From contig NIVC01003203.1 of NCBI GenBank assembly GCA_002269645.1, positions 47,813 through 111,812 on the forward strand: DNA of 64,000 nt. Reading direction: 5' to 3'. The notes under the pieces were generated by a model. That model did not search any database. It was not told where the DNA came from and saw nothing but the letters and a program-made list of their open reading frames with translations. How positions within the stretch are numbered: the stretch's first letter is position 1; every line of letters starts with the position of its first letter. The translations under genes and the position numbers were made by a program. Positions 23,893 through 36,460 of this stretch are shown piece by piece. Origin of the DNA: Macrostomum lignano. Lineage: Eukaryota.

Positions 23893-25232
23893 CTACAATG
23901 TTTCAATGAGCTGGGTGTACAACGAAGGCACCGCCGCGCCAACTGACTGGCCCCGCTGCTCCGCCTGCTGCGGTTGATTGTCGCTGGATTGTCGAGTTGG
24001 AGTCGCCGCAGAATCGTCTGGCTGCTCGGCCACGGACGCCGATCCGGATGCGGACGCGATCATGGAGGCGGAGGTGGCCGAGGATGTTGTGGCGGATGCA
24101 GACATCTTTAGGCTCTGCTGACGCGACAAGGAGTCGCATAGGCGAAGGTCGATTGAGTACTCGTCCGTCTCGTTCACTTGGATCACCTGGCGACCGTCGG
24201 TTGAAGTGGAAATCGGTGTAGATGAGGTGTCTACCGCGGCTTCAACATCCATTGAAGGTCCAGACGGTGGCGGCGGCGGAGGCGTCGGCGGGGCCGCTGC
24301 CTCTTCCGGGTCAGCGCTCGCATCCGGTGGTTGGCAATCCCCGCCCGACAGCAGAGACTCGAGCTCCGGCTTCCCGGCTGAGCTTTCCGACTCAGCTGCC
24401 AGTTCTTTGGCCGCTGGCGCTGCCTCATCCGGAGGAGACTCCATCGTTGGCGGAGGCGGCGGCGGCTGCGGCGGCGGCGTCAACACGTCGTCACTGGCTG
24501 ATGAGACCTGCTGTTCCTCGCTGCCATCGTATATGTAGCCGTCGGAGTTGCTGTCTAAATCCAGCTTCGTCGGTGGCAGATGCTCCGTTTTATAGGAAAT
24601 CTCCTGCACCAAAACCTTCTTGGCGGTCGCCGAGGTCTGCCGCTCAGTCACTTTGCGGTACTGCTTTGACCGTCGGGACAGCAGCACAAGCGCCAGGACA
24701 AGTATCAAGGCGCACAGGGCGCCCAGGCTGCTGCCAATGATGGCCGGCAGATGGGCCTGCTTGGTGGACACGTTCACGCAGTGCATGATTTCTGACGGCC
24801 GGCCGGCCACGGGCTTCGCGCTTGTTCGGTTCTGTCCGGCCTCCGACATGGTGGCAGCGGCCGTGGCTGCACACTGCAGGCAGACTCGGTAGGGCGCGTC
24901 CTCGGCCAGCCCGGTCATGGTGTAGCCGGGCAGCAGCGGCTTCACCGGTACGCGGCGCATCCGACCGGCCTGCCCGGGCCGAGGGGCGTCGCTTCTAAGG
25001 AACAACAGGTGGCAGCGGCCGGTCGGCTCGACATCTTGAAACCAGCGCCACTCGGCCATCAGGCTGCTCCGGCCGGCGCGGCTGGCGCGCAGCCAACGGA
25101 GCTGCGCAGCCGCCGGTGAAGAGACTGACGGATCTGATGATGACGAAGCTGATGCGAAGGTTGCCGCGTCTGCCTCCTGGGAGATTCGCAGCTCATTACT
25201 GCCACTCTGGCCCATTTCTGCCCGGCTTTTGC
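23893..25232 (-). CDS. Single-pass membrane protein: FN3-like domain, TM helix and Pro/Ser-rich cytoplasmic tail (440 aa from ATG 25215; probably has an upstream exon)
   Basis: FN3 signature W..(x)..YTMTGLAEDAPYRVCLQC..HCVNVST, as in LRR-FN3 receptors; TM LPAIIGSSLGALCALILVLALVLL followed by the basic SRRSKQYRK; acceptor CCCGCAG at 25233-34. Confidence 0.8.
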
Positions 25233-25247
25233 CTGCGGGTGATGATG

Positions 25248-25459
<212 letters not shown>

Positions 25460-28400
25460 AATAGGGCAGATAGAGCAGATATTTATGGATCGATGTGAAC
25501 TTCCTGGCCGAAATTGTCTGGGCCGCTAGTGCTGAGAGGAAATTGCCAGCCGCACCCAAGTGCTGGTAACGAGGAAATCAGCTGCACTTCCTCAAATTAT
25601 AGCTAGCAGCTTCAGTCCAGCAACTGCAAGCCGGTCTCAGCTGGCCGGGGATCACGCCTCAGCAGACAATCTGATTGAAATCGCCGCTCTCTCATCCAGA
25701 GATTTTCATGAGTTCACAAAGAAGCAGCGTCAGTTGTGGGGCGCGTGACTGGGAGAAAAATGTCCCAGTGAATCAAGTAGAATAACGCTAGCTGTGAAAA
25801 GCGGGCAGACCTGGGGCTGGGGCGATCTAATAGAGAGAATTTTTACTAACTTTAGCGCCACGGCGCAGCAGCCCTCAGGGCCGAAGACCGATGGCAGGGT
25901 CCCACGCTGTCCCTTGCACTCGTGCATCCCTCTCTCTCCTTTCCCTTCTGCATCTTTCTACATTTGCCTATTTGCAGCCTCTTTGCAGCCCCAGTCCAGT
26001 CCTCCCCAGACCCACATCAGGCTGCATCAGAATTTCTGACGGGCCGCGCGGCGCCAAGGGGAATTCTGGAACGAGAGGGAGCAGCGAGGGGGGCTTAAGA
26101 GGGAAAGAGGGATTCAATGAAAAATATAAGTCTTGCGCAAGACCGGCCCGGGGAGATGATGGCCAGATCCGCGGATCGAAATGGGGAGGGGGTGGGGGTT
26201 GGGAGATGCTCGAGGTCGATCCTCAGCAGATCCTCCGCAGCAGCCGTCGGATCGCCTGCGGCCCGAATTCCCGCGCAGCCGCCACTGCGAACCGGACGGA
26301 CTGGATTTGAAGGGAGGCAGCGGAAGCAGGGGGGGGGCGGCAGACCGGATAGGCGTCAGTTTAGTAGGCTGGATTTTCTGCTTTTATGCAAAAGACAAAC
26401 GTATAGCTGCAATAGGCTTGGATGCAGAAGGGGAGGAGAGTGCAGGGCTTTGCAATAAAAGTGCAACCGATGCCGCGGATATCGGGAGGAGGCGGAGACG
26501 AGGACTGATGGGCGCGGCTCTGGGATTTCCGGAACTTGCGCTTGGCCACGAGTTAAGCCGGGCGTGGGAGCTGAGCCGATAGGGAGATGGGGCTGGGAAA
26601 TGAAAGTGGAAATTTGAGATTAGAGTGGGAGGCTGAGTAAAGCTGGAAGTTGAGCTTGGAATAGAGAGACACTTGAAGAGGAAGAAAGTTAGAGGATTCA
26701 GTGAGAGCAGAGGCGATGCTGTTGGATCTATGGGGAACACTGTGTGGATCTATGGATCTTAATGTCTATGCGAAGAAGACCAAAACACACGGTTCCATTA
26801 GGAACAGATGGGGGGCGGCGAAACGCACAGATGAAGTCTGTCTGGTCTCTGCAACTGCCGTCACATTTTCAATTTTAGGCATTCCATTCTATCTACCTAA
26901 CAGTCCCCTGGGGCCATTGCTTTTTAATAATTTGTCCCGTCAGTCACCAAAGAGGTTGTGTTCAAAATGGGAAGGAATTCAAGAGGTGCAGCGCTCGTCT
27001 GCAACAGCAGACAGATCCAGCTAGGTGACACGGACTAGTGCAGACTAAGGTGAAGCCCCGTAGCTGCAGAGGCATTCACTCCCGGGCATAATTGATGAGG
27101 AACAGTTCCCCCCTATTCTGCCCAACAAGGCTGGAGTCCTAAAAAATTCTGACCTCATCAGCAACTCGCAGCCATATTCAATCTTGAAGTCTCAACTATG
27201 ACGTGGACACTTTTTATTCCATAGGAAATAAATTGAAATTGACGGGTCTGGGGGCTTGTCACTGGACCATTGAGTGACCGACTATTGACTGATTCTTGAG
27301 TTCATGCTCATTGTGTGTGCCATGCCAACTGTGCCTCGAGTTATAAGCTTTAAAAGGAGATATATTGCTGGAAAGATCTTGCAACGCTGAGTTTGGGGAT
27401 ATAAGTTGTTCGCTTTAATAAGTTGTTTGCTTCACCCGCCTCCCTTTGAGATAGGTCAGTCCGACATTAAGTTGGGGGGAGGTTGCATGCGCACATTCAA
27501 GCCAGCTATTATTTGAGTAATTTCAGTAATGGAGGCGGGTGACAAATTTGAATTGGTTTTTATTATTGGTGCCTTCAGTCAGTCAGATAAGAGAGTAGAG
27601 AAAAGAGGAAAGGAGAAGAGAGGAGAGATAATAGAAAACCAGAAAAGACAATAGATGAGAGAGTAGAGAGAAGAGAGAAGAGATAAAAGAGTAGGGAGGA
27701 GAGATGAAAGAGTAGGGGGAGAGGAGACATGAGAGAGTCTCAGTCTGAGCGATGGCAGTAGAGAAATGGTATTTGAGAGGTTCTATAGAGGATTTGGAGA
27801 GGATTTAGAAGATGGAATTCCGGTCATGGGATTCAGCTGATGGATTTCAGAGAATGAAAATCTGCCGATGGGAGTTCTATTCCCTTTCTCCTCCAACGGA
27901 GGAGTTGGCCTCGTACTTACCTCTGCTTGGTGTTTCTGCGATCAGGAACTTTGTCGCTAGCTGCAGCACCGAAAATGATGGAATACTTGAAGTTGGAATC
28001 TATCAAGGAACTGACAACCCACCTTGTTATAGCATAACTGAAGGCATGAAGTTTCTTGGCATCAAGCAAGAACAGGGCGATCGAGTTTGTGAAAACGAAG
28101 AAAAAGACTTCCCTCACACTGAGTTAAAAATAGGTCTCCCCGAGGTTAATTAAATTTTTATCCAAACTAACCGGATTCCTCAGTCTTTAATCTTCTTCCG
28201 CAGCCACTGGCCTCACCGAGTTTCAAGATAACTGACCTTCGATTTCGCCAATCTAATAGAATTTTCATATCAATAATTTAATTCAACGGAATTGGCTAGG
28301 CTGCCTGCAGAGCAAGACGCGAATGCGGGATTGAGTTGGGTAGATTTGAATCAGCAAAACTTGTGCATTCAGCGATCTTATTCTTCATGCTTCAACAATT

Positions 28401-29144
28401 CCGAATGGATTTGTAGAACAGTACACACGAAATATATAAAGGAGAGGCGAGTGAAAAAATTAATGACTGAGACAGAGCTGAGAGACTGCAACCATCTCCC
28501 TGTCCGGGTCATCGCCAATAAAAGTGCACATTTGAGCAGCAATTGAAGATTCTGGGCACACAGAGCGAGGAATTGGGCAGTTTTATATCGGCAAAAATAG
28601 GATGAGTAAGATCAGTGCCACTCAGTAACTTGTTTAGGGAAATGGTTAGTTACAACGGTGTCGAATTGCTACCTTTTCAAGGTACTTTTCACTGCTTGCG
28701 TAAAGGTTCTAGTATAGCTTTTTGGAGCCCATTCGGGCCTACGCGTATTGAATTTAATCCAAGCTAGTTTTGCCAATGCAATGGAGCTTTTGTCTATGGT
28801 AGCAAGGCTGGCACAGTGGCATTTAATTTGGTCCAACAAGCATCATTTTGGTACATAGCTTCTTTAGCAACTGCTACAGAAGAGCAAGATCAGCCCCAGA
28901 ATTGTGGACCATATGCTAGGTTGACGGACCAATGCCATATAATATCTATCTATCTATCGACACAGATATCGTGAATCTTCAGTTGACTATACAGCAACAG
29001 AAATTGGAATTAGCAACAAAAATGGGTATTCAGTTATCACTTGTCAGGCTTGTAGCACGGATGTTGGTCGGCTCGCTTTAAATATTTTGGATGTCCAATT
29101 CTAGGCTTCCTGGTCTCTCAGTCGAGTTTCTCAGCCAGAAATCT

Positions 29145-29345
29145 GCGTGTTGTCTATGGCCCAACCTACTTTGTATCTGCGTCTTATCTATGGCCCAAAG
29201 TATCAACCTATCTGCAGTTTGTCTATGGCCCAACCTATCTGCGTTTTGTCTATGGCTCAACCTATCTGCGTGTTGTCTATGGCCCAACCTATCTGCGTGC
29301 TGTCTATGGCTCAACCTATCAACCTATCGTTTGTTGTCTATGGTA
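29145..29345. repeat. About 27-bp tandem repeat (TGTCTATGGCCCAACCTATCTGCGTGT)n
   Basis: Visible tandem units; the lead-in is homologous to about 15510-15565. Confidence 0.85.
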
Positions 29346-32317
29346 CAGATTGGTCAGGTGCTGAAAACAGTCAGGTCACATAAAACTTTCTGCTGCTGCT
29401 GTTGCTGCTTTAACGAAATTTGCAAAACAAAATATGATCAATTAATAATTCACTTCTGTGGGAAACGGAATTCCACTAGAGTCTGGCTAGTTGAGCACCG
29501 CACTGCAGCGCTGCCATGCCTGTGTCGCCTTCTCATTTCACGCCTTAGTGTTTGTTTTCTCTTCCCGTCTCTGCTCAGCAGCGCTGCCGGGCGCGGTGTT
29601 GCTTGCAGGCAGCCTTCCCAGTACCGATTTCCGATCCCCCCGAAAGAAGAAGAGAATGATCGACTTTTTCTTTGGACCCCTTCTTCCGCTTAATTCCCGC
29701 CTCGATTGCTGCTCCCCCACGCTATGAATGAAAGCCTTACACAGTGGTGAGAGAATCGTCTAAAAGAGAGTGGCAGCCAGTTTTGAATTTCTTCTCCCAA
29801 TTCGATTTTACTTACCTCGAGCAAAGCGCACTTGTTTAAAATTGAGTCCTGCCGCTCTGGCCGCGTCTCTAAGCGAGCCTGTGCCAGGACATGGCTCAGG
29901 ACTCCAGACAGGAAGGCACTCTATTCAGCAGATTAGTAACAATGGTGGGAGTATTGCATTCCAATAGACAATGGAGTTCTTTCTGGCAGTTTTCCCTGAT
30001 CCAGTTATAGCTGGCTATCGCTAAACCATAAAAGATCAAAGTGGGCAGTAAAAACTGTCTCGTCAAAGGTGGGCCTCTCTAACGGAAACTGGACCAGAGA
30101 CTTAGAGGGAAATAAAAGAGTCTGAGAGGGATGGGGGGAGGCTGGAGAGAAAAGATGCAGTGCAGGGATGCCAGCCTGAAGCGGCTGAGTAAACAGACTT
30201 GGCCCGCGCTCTCTCTCTAGCTCTCCAAACCGCAGTATGCAGCACTATAGGCCGACTATAAGCCTGGACTATAGCTGGGAACGGAGGGGTTGCCGTTGAC
30301 TTGACGCAAGCCCTGGTCCGGTCTGTGTGCAAAGGAACTGCTGGTCTGCATGGGGGGTACGCCTGTCGCAGTAGCTAAATAGTTGTTCAGCTAGGCGACA
30401 ACCCCAACAGCAGCGCCCACCAAAGCCAGGTTGCGAAGTGCTCCCAACCCCAAGTCAAGCCAAAAATGCGCGCAGTTGTCCGCTGAGTGTTGAGGGACGG
30501 GGAGGAATGAGAGAGAGAGAGAGAGAGACGGAAGAGAGGGAGAAGGCGCTTGGGGAACAGAACAAGGCAAGGCAAATAGGAATAGTGTATGTAGTAAAGC
30601 TGCGAGCCAATCCAACTGAGGAGAGGCCTATTCTTGTGGTCCAATGCGTCCTGCTGCACAACCACACTCGCCGTGGTTCGCTGCATGGTGCCTCGCCAGC
30701 AAGCGAATGCGAAGGCCCGCCGGGTCTCGATCTGCGGGCAGCGACAGCTCAGCTCTGGGAGACAGCGCCCCCTTCCTCTTCAGCTGCTAGTCCCAAGTCC
30801 TGCCGATCGGCAGCAGCCCTCTAGCCGGCGGCCCCAGGAGAGAGAAACGAAGAAGCAGCGCATTCACTTTTCCCTAATTAGGACTTGAACCCGGCACCGG
30901 AGAGGAGAGCAAAAGAAGCCATGGATGGATGAGAAAAATAAGCATCGCTTTATATTGCGCTCAGCATGGCGGCGAGGAAAATGAAATCGAGTGGAGAGGG
31001 AAGGGGATGATGCTCTGGAGATGACGCGAGTGTTTATCAGTGGCAGGGACTCCTCTCAACTAGATAGGCCGATCGAGGAGTGCATTTCTGACAGCTTAGC
31101 CGGGATATAAAGCTGAGCCAATTTTCCCGAGACGGTCCTCTCTTCTGCTATCTCTCTCTCTCCGTCCCTCTCCCCTAGAGGAGCGGCTTGATTATAGGGG
31201 GGGGGGGCTAGGTTCGGTGCCGAGGATGTAGATTTATCGATTCTGAAGAAGTAACGAGGCAGAAGCTTTGGCTACCGTCAACCAGAGTCCGCTGTCTGGG
31301 GGGGGGGGGCGAAGAGAACGCACGGGGCGGAGAGCAGGTTGCAGTGCGCTTCCCAGTTCAGTGATTGCAATTGATTTCAGGTTGCCGGACTGTCTGTTCA
31401 TCCGGCTCCCCTGTCCCTCCTTTTATGACCTTTTTCTTTAAACCGATTTCCATTTTCCAACCAGCCCAACCAGCTCTCCGATGCTTCTAAATCTACTCGA
31501 CTCTTTGCAGTCTGCAGTGCAACTCTGCACTTTAAAATATCATTGATGAGAATTTTGTCCCAACTCCCAAGTGCAAACAGTAGGGAATGCTTATGGTGTT
31601 TGCCAGTCTGATCCTCATATTTCTGACGATCCACGCGAACTTTCACTTTTACAGAGATCAAATTGAAATGCTCATTGACCATTGTTGGCTGCTATCGTGA
31701 GGTATTTTCTAATTGACTACTTCCATGTTCAAATCTAAATAATTTCGAAAGAAGTTCCCTTGCTTGTGGTTGATCTCTGTGCAGCCCAGCGGAAAACCCA
31801 TCTACAGCGCCCGAGAGCCTCATCACTGTTTCGAGTTGGATGGCTCCCCTTCTGCGGGCGCTGGTTTAGGAGACGCGGGATGGTCCAGGGTTGAGTGCGG
31901 CTTCTCCCGCCTCCCCACCATCTCTTGCCCCAACGCTCTCTGCCCTCACCGGACTTCTCCACTGCGGTATCCGTGCTCGAAGTACAATATCAGACCCCTT
32001 CATCAAATTCCTCTATCTCCCATATTATTGTCTGGTCCCGCGCTTTTGCAACTTATCTCTTTCTCGCCACCCCATTGCGACTGTCTCTCGGCTTGGCTAC
32101 GCGGTCTCTCCTTCCTTTGCTTCTGTTACTATTAGTATTTAGTTTGAGACATGGCGGTTGTGTGCACCCTGGCGCACTTTAAGCGACATTGTCGCACAAC
32201 CGGCGAGAGGCATTACTGCCCATTTCGCCGACTCCCCTGAGCAGGCACACAAGCGCGCGGATACGTACGCAGTCATACGCACAGGCACAGACTCACACAG
32301 GAGTGTACAGTGGCCCT

Positions 32318-32508
32318 AACTTTATTTATTGTTTGGCATGTACACATCACTGTGCCTTGGGGTTGGCCTTCAATGGCGTTAATTGCACGAGCAGAGTCAA
32401 GCCGAGATTCCAATTTAGCTCCAAATTAATACGACTGGGCCTGGGAATCGAACCTGGGCTGCTGGCACACAGAGTGCCGCGCTAGACCACTGGGCTGCGG
32501 TCCACGCC
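32318..32508 (-). mobile_element. tRNA-derived SINE, family B
   Basis: Minus strand GGCGTGGACCGCAGCCCAGTGGTCTAGCGCG (A-box) ... GGTTCGATTCCC (B-box), non-tRNA body and AATAAATAAA tail. Confidence 0.65.
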
Positions 32509-33251
32509 TCTGTTACTACATCCAAATGACATTATTTCTACGAGCTAAAAGTAACATTGACTTCCCTTTTCCCTGACTTGCCTTAAAATTTACGTCATAT
32601 CTGTTCACGCGCCTCACTCAATACTCGTAATTCACATATATTTCTACTCATAGTGGCATAGTTCATAAACTCCCTCTATTATTTTCTGTGGTCTCAAACC
32701 TGCTAGCAAAATCTGCCCACTGTTCTCAACCGCTTACCTGAATGTACCCACTCTCTACTTTATTATCCTCATTTTTTGCACGCGCTCCCCTCGTGATATT
32801 TTTATTTTTAGCAACGGCACAAAGGGACGTCAGGCTGCCGCTGGCAAATCAGAGAGAATGCTATGGCAACGGCCTTGAGGGCCTGAAGGTCACGTGATTG
32901 ACCTTAAATTGGCCTATTTAAGCTGAGAATTTATTTAAGTGCCCCATAATACTCAGACGTTCGACCTCAGAGCCTGTGCTTTCTTGTATGAAACATTAAT
33001 CAACGTAAACAATCTGCTTTTTCGTAGAGGGCCATCAATCTTAGACCAAGGCCAGCAGTTTTTACTACTGGCAGTTGGAGCATAGAAAAGCAAGGCTAGG
33101 CTAGAACAAACTCCGCATATCTCTAAATCCAGGCCCAATTATCCTACGATGGTTAATGATGAAGCGTCTGATTCAAAGAGCAAGTGTTCCCCAAATGAGC
33201 AACGCAATGCTCCATCGAAGTTTAACATGCGAATTTCTGCATTGCTATTAA

Positions 33252-33357
<106 letters not shown>

Positions 33358-33787
33358 CAAATTTTGCTACATCCAAGTTCATCAGTCTTCGTTTTATTGC
33401 CAATCATGTGCCTCTAGCTCTTTTCTTGCCCAGAATAGCCATCATCCGATGCAAAACTCGCCATAGCAAAGCTTCTGCTTAGGTACCGAATGGCCAGAAG
33501 GAACATTAAATCAACATAACTATTGATATATGTGCAGCTTTCTGTTTTCTGTCAGGCTTGGCAGGCAGAGAGAAAATGTCGCAGGAGAACTGAATTTGAT
33601 TACTGGACATGATAACTTTCTCTATTCACTGCGCCTCCAATCCAGCTAGCTTAGTCTTTCCTTTCAGTTCTTATCTGTTAGCGGCTTATCACTTTTAGCT
33701 CGTCATTAAAAGCGAGCCCCTGCTGTGCGCTAAACGAACGAATAAGAGTTCTGATTCACCTTGCAGCACTGCGTCCGCTCCGAGCCA

Positions 33788-36460
33788 ATGTCACGTGACC
33801 AGCTACTGTGGACAGCTTTCCGGCTGCTCCTGCTGCTGCTGCCTTCGGCCACGGCCGACTTGGCCCACAAAATCAGCGTGAACAGTCGAGGCCAGTTTGT
33901 GGACGGTTTTGGCCGAGTTAGAATATTTCACGGTATTAACAGCGTGCTGAAGCAGCCGCCATGGTACCCGGACCAGATGCTCAACGCGAGTCGGCTGAGG
34001 GCCTACCAGGACTGGGGCTTCAATGCTGTGCGGCTCGGCACAATGTGGGCCGGCGTGCAGCCCAGAAAAGACGCTGTGAATGCCACCTACCTGGCTGTGC
34101 TGAGCAAGATCGTGACAACACTGGCGGAGCACGGCATGTACTCGATTATGGATATGCACCAGGACGTGCTGACTAGCAAGTACGGGGTGAGTTCGCTGGT
34201 TGAACGTGACGGAGAGTGCAGTTTCGGAGTTCGATCCCAAGGCGAAACCAGAATAAGAGGAGGGGTTGCAGCCTAGTGGTCAGAGCGTCGGACTCACGAC
34301 TGGAGGGTCGGGGGTTCGATTCTCGACCCACTCGGAACAATTTGTGTCCTTGAGCGAGACTTTTAACTCTGCATTGCTTCAGCTCACCCAGCTGTAAAAT
34401 GGGTGCCAGGATTAGCTGGGATAATTGAGGGTGTGTGGCGACCCCCCAGTCCTTGGACTGAACGGCAATAGCTGCGGCTGAGCTGTCGGTTGCACATCTG
34501 CTCATTAGGGCAGGTGTAATCAATAATCATAATTATTGTTATTATTCTTCTGAAAAAAACTTCAGAGCTACGACGGCGTACCCCGCTGGCTGGTCGACTC
34601 GTTCCCGCCTCCGCCGCAGCCGTACCCGTGGCCGCTGCCAGGGCCGCCCACGCCCAGTCAATGGGCTGAAGGTTACATCACCTGGGCAGTAGGCAGCGCA
34701 TTCCAATATCTATACAAGAACGAGTCTGGCTCCCTAACGCACTGGGCCAACTTCTGGCGCTCCGTGGCGTCAGCTGTGCGCACAAGCGATCACGTGCTTG
34801 GCTACGAGCTTATCAACGAACCGTGGGCTGGCGATGTCTACAACCGGCCAGCGCTGCTGCTGCCTGGCGTGGCCGGCCGGGACAACCTGCTGCCTGTGTA
34901 CGACTATCTGACCCAGGTGGAATTGCGGGCCATGTCTTGGGCAATTATGTTGCGCATACGCTATATGGCGGTCGCAGCCTTGTGGTTAGAGCGTTGGACT
35001 CACGACTGGAGGGTCGGGGGTTCGATTCTCGACCCACTAGGAACAATTTGTGTCCATGTGCAGGACACTTAACTCTGCATTGCTTTAGTGATCACCAGCT
35101 ATAAAATTGGTGCCAGCATTAGCTGGGATAATTGAGGGTGTGTGGCGACCCCCCCCCGTCATTAGAGTGAGCACCCGTACGCAGCCTTCAGATGCGCCGC
35201 GCAATAGCTTCGGTAGAGCTGTCGGTTGCACATCTAAGGCAGTTGTAGTCAATAATAAATATTAATAATTTTAATTACTAGTACTATTATAGCATGCGCT
35301 TTTATGTATGACTAGGGTCTTGTAGTTTCGATGAATGGCCATTGAAGCAGTCATTGGGATTTGTTCTCGGGTGTGTAGGAATCCATTGAAGATCGAGCCA
35401 CAGTGAATGCTGGTCATTGACCTCCTGCTTATAGCGACTGTCCACTGAGGATATGATGCTCTTCGATTACTTTTCAAGTGACGAGATGCTAGTATTTAAA
35501 AAAAAACTACTTAACAAGAATTTACACCACCGCAACGCCGACACCGTCGCTTACCCATGCAGGTGCTTGCAAAAGAAGACCCGAGCAGAATTGTGTTCTA
35601 CGAGCCGGTCACCTGGTCGCTGGTGGTAGGCGGCACCGGTTCCGGGGGCACCGGGTTCGACCGGTTGCCGGGCGGCCCGGCCAATGCCAACCGGAGCGCT
35701 CTGAGCTATCACTACTACTGCTGGATAGTCTCGCCCGGAGACGGCATCTATCCCCTGTGGAAGCGGCTCGCCTGCGACGCCCTGCTACTGACTAGAAACT
35801 TGGAAAATGCAAAAGAGGCCACCGCGGCTACAGGTGGCGGCCGATTCCTCACCGAGTTTGGACTCTGCGCGCCGACTGGACAGGCCAAGTTTGTCTTGAA
35901 TTTTTGTATTCTTTGTTGCTATATGTTCGTATGTGGCTACTGCCTGAAACTCCAGGAGTGCAATTACCTAACTGATCTGGAGTGGTAGTGAGCAGGAAAG
36001 CTAAGGTTACCTAAATAATTGCTCAAACCGAAACCGCAGCGCCACTGGCACAATCGAGTGCAACGAAGTGCTTCAACGCACGGACGAGGAGCAGCAGTCC
36101 TGGACCTACTGGGACTCGAACTTCACCCGGGCCGACGGCAGCTGGAACTGGGATGTTGTCCGGTCCTTCGCCCGCGCGTACCCCATGGCAACAGCCGGTC
36201 AGCCAGTTAGCTACAGCTTCAACCTGACCAGCGGCCGGTTCGATTTCGCCTACCAGCCCGACCCGAAAGTGCGCGCGCCCACCGTGGTGTTTCTGCCAAT
36301 GTCCGTGCACTACCCGAGCGGAGTGTCTGTCAATGTGACTGGCGGATACACAAGCCGGCTAGAGGGCAATCAGCTGCTGGTGCAGCCGCCTTCTGGAACT
36401 CGACGAGGTGCCAGAGCTGCGGCTGACACTGTTGTGACCGTTACAGTGACAAGAAAGTGA
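33788..36460 (+). CDS. Secreted endoglycoceramidase (glycoside hydrolase family 5), about 498 aa; exons 33788..34186, 34566..34916, 35563..35888, 36040..36460
   Basis: Signal peptide, FVDGFGRVRIFHGIN, WGFNAVRLGTMWAGVQP, DMHQD, YDGVPRW, acid/base YELINEP, HYY, nucleophile LTEFG, SWTYW and the C-terminal beta-sandwich RAYPMATAGQP..GRFDFAY. Phases 0, 0, 2 join. Confidence 0.93.
34262..34530 (+). mobile_element. tRNA-derived SINE, family A, copy 2 (EGCase intron 1)
   Basis: A/B boxes, central GTGTCCTTGAGCGAGAC..TTAACTC..CCCAGCTGTAAAATGGGT and an AT-rich tail. Confidence 0.88.
34967..35255 (+). mobile_element. tRNA-derived SINE, family A, copy 3 (EGCase intron 2)
   Basis: Colinear and highly similar to copy 2. 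Confidence 0.88.

Noticed and set aside
25560-32485. Numerous 60-140-aa ORFs, including 27812-28153
   Set aside because: No recognisable domains or consistent splice structure; GA-rich low-complexity sequence, probably intronic, regulatory or decayed elements.
34262-34345. tRNA gene (likewise 20820-20903, 32430-32508 and 34967-35045)
   Set aside because: A/B boxes continue into shared non-tRNA bodies and AT-rich tails, indicating SINE heads.
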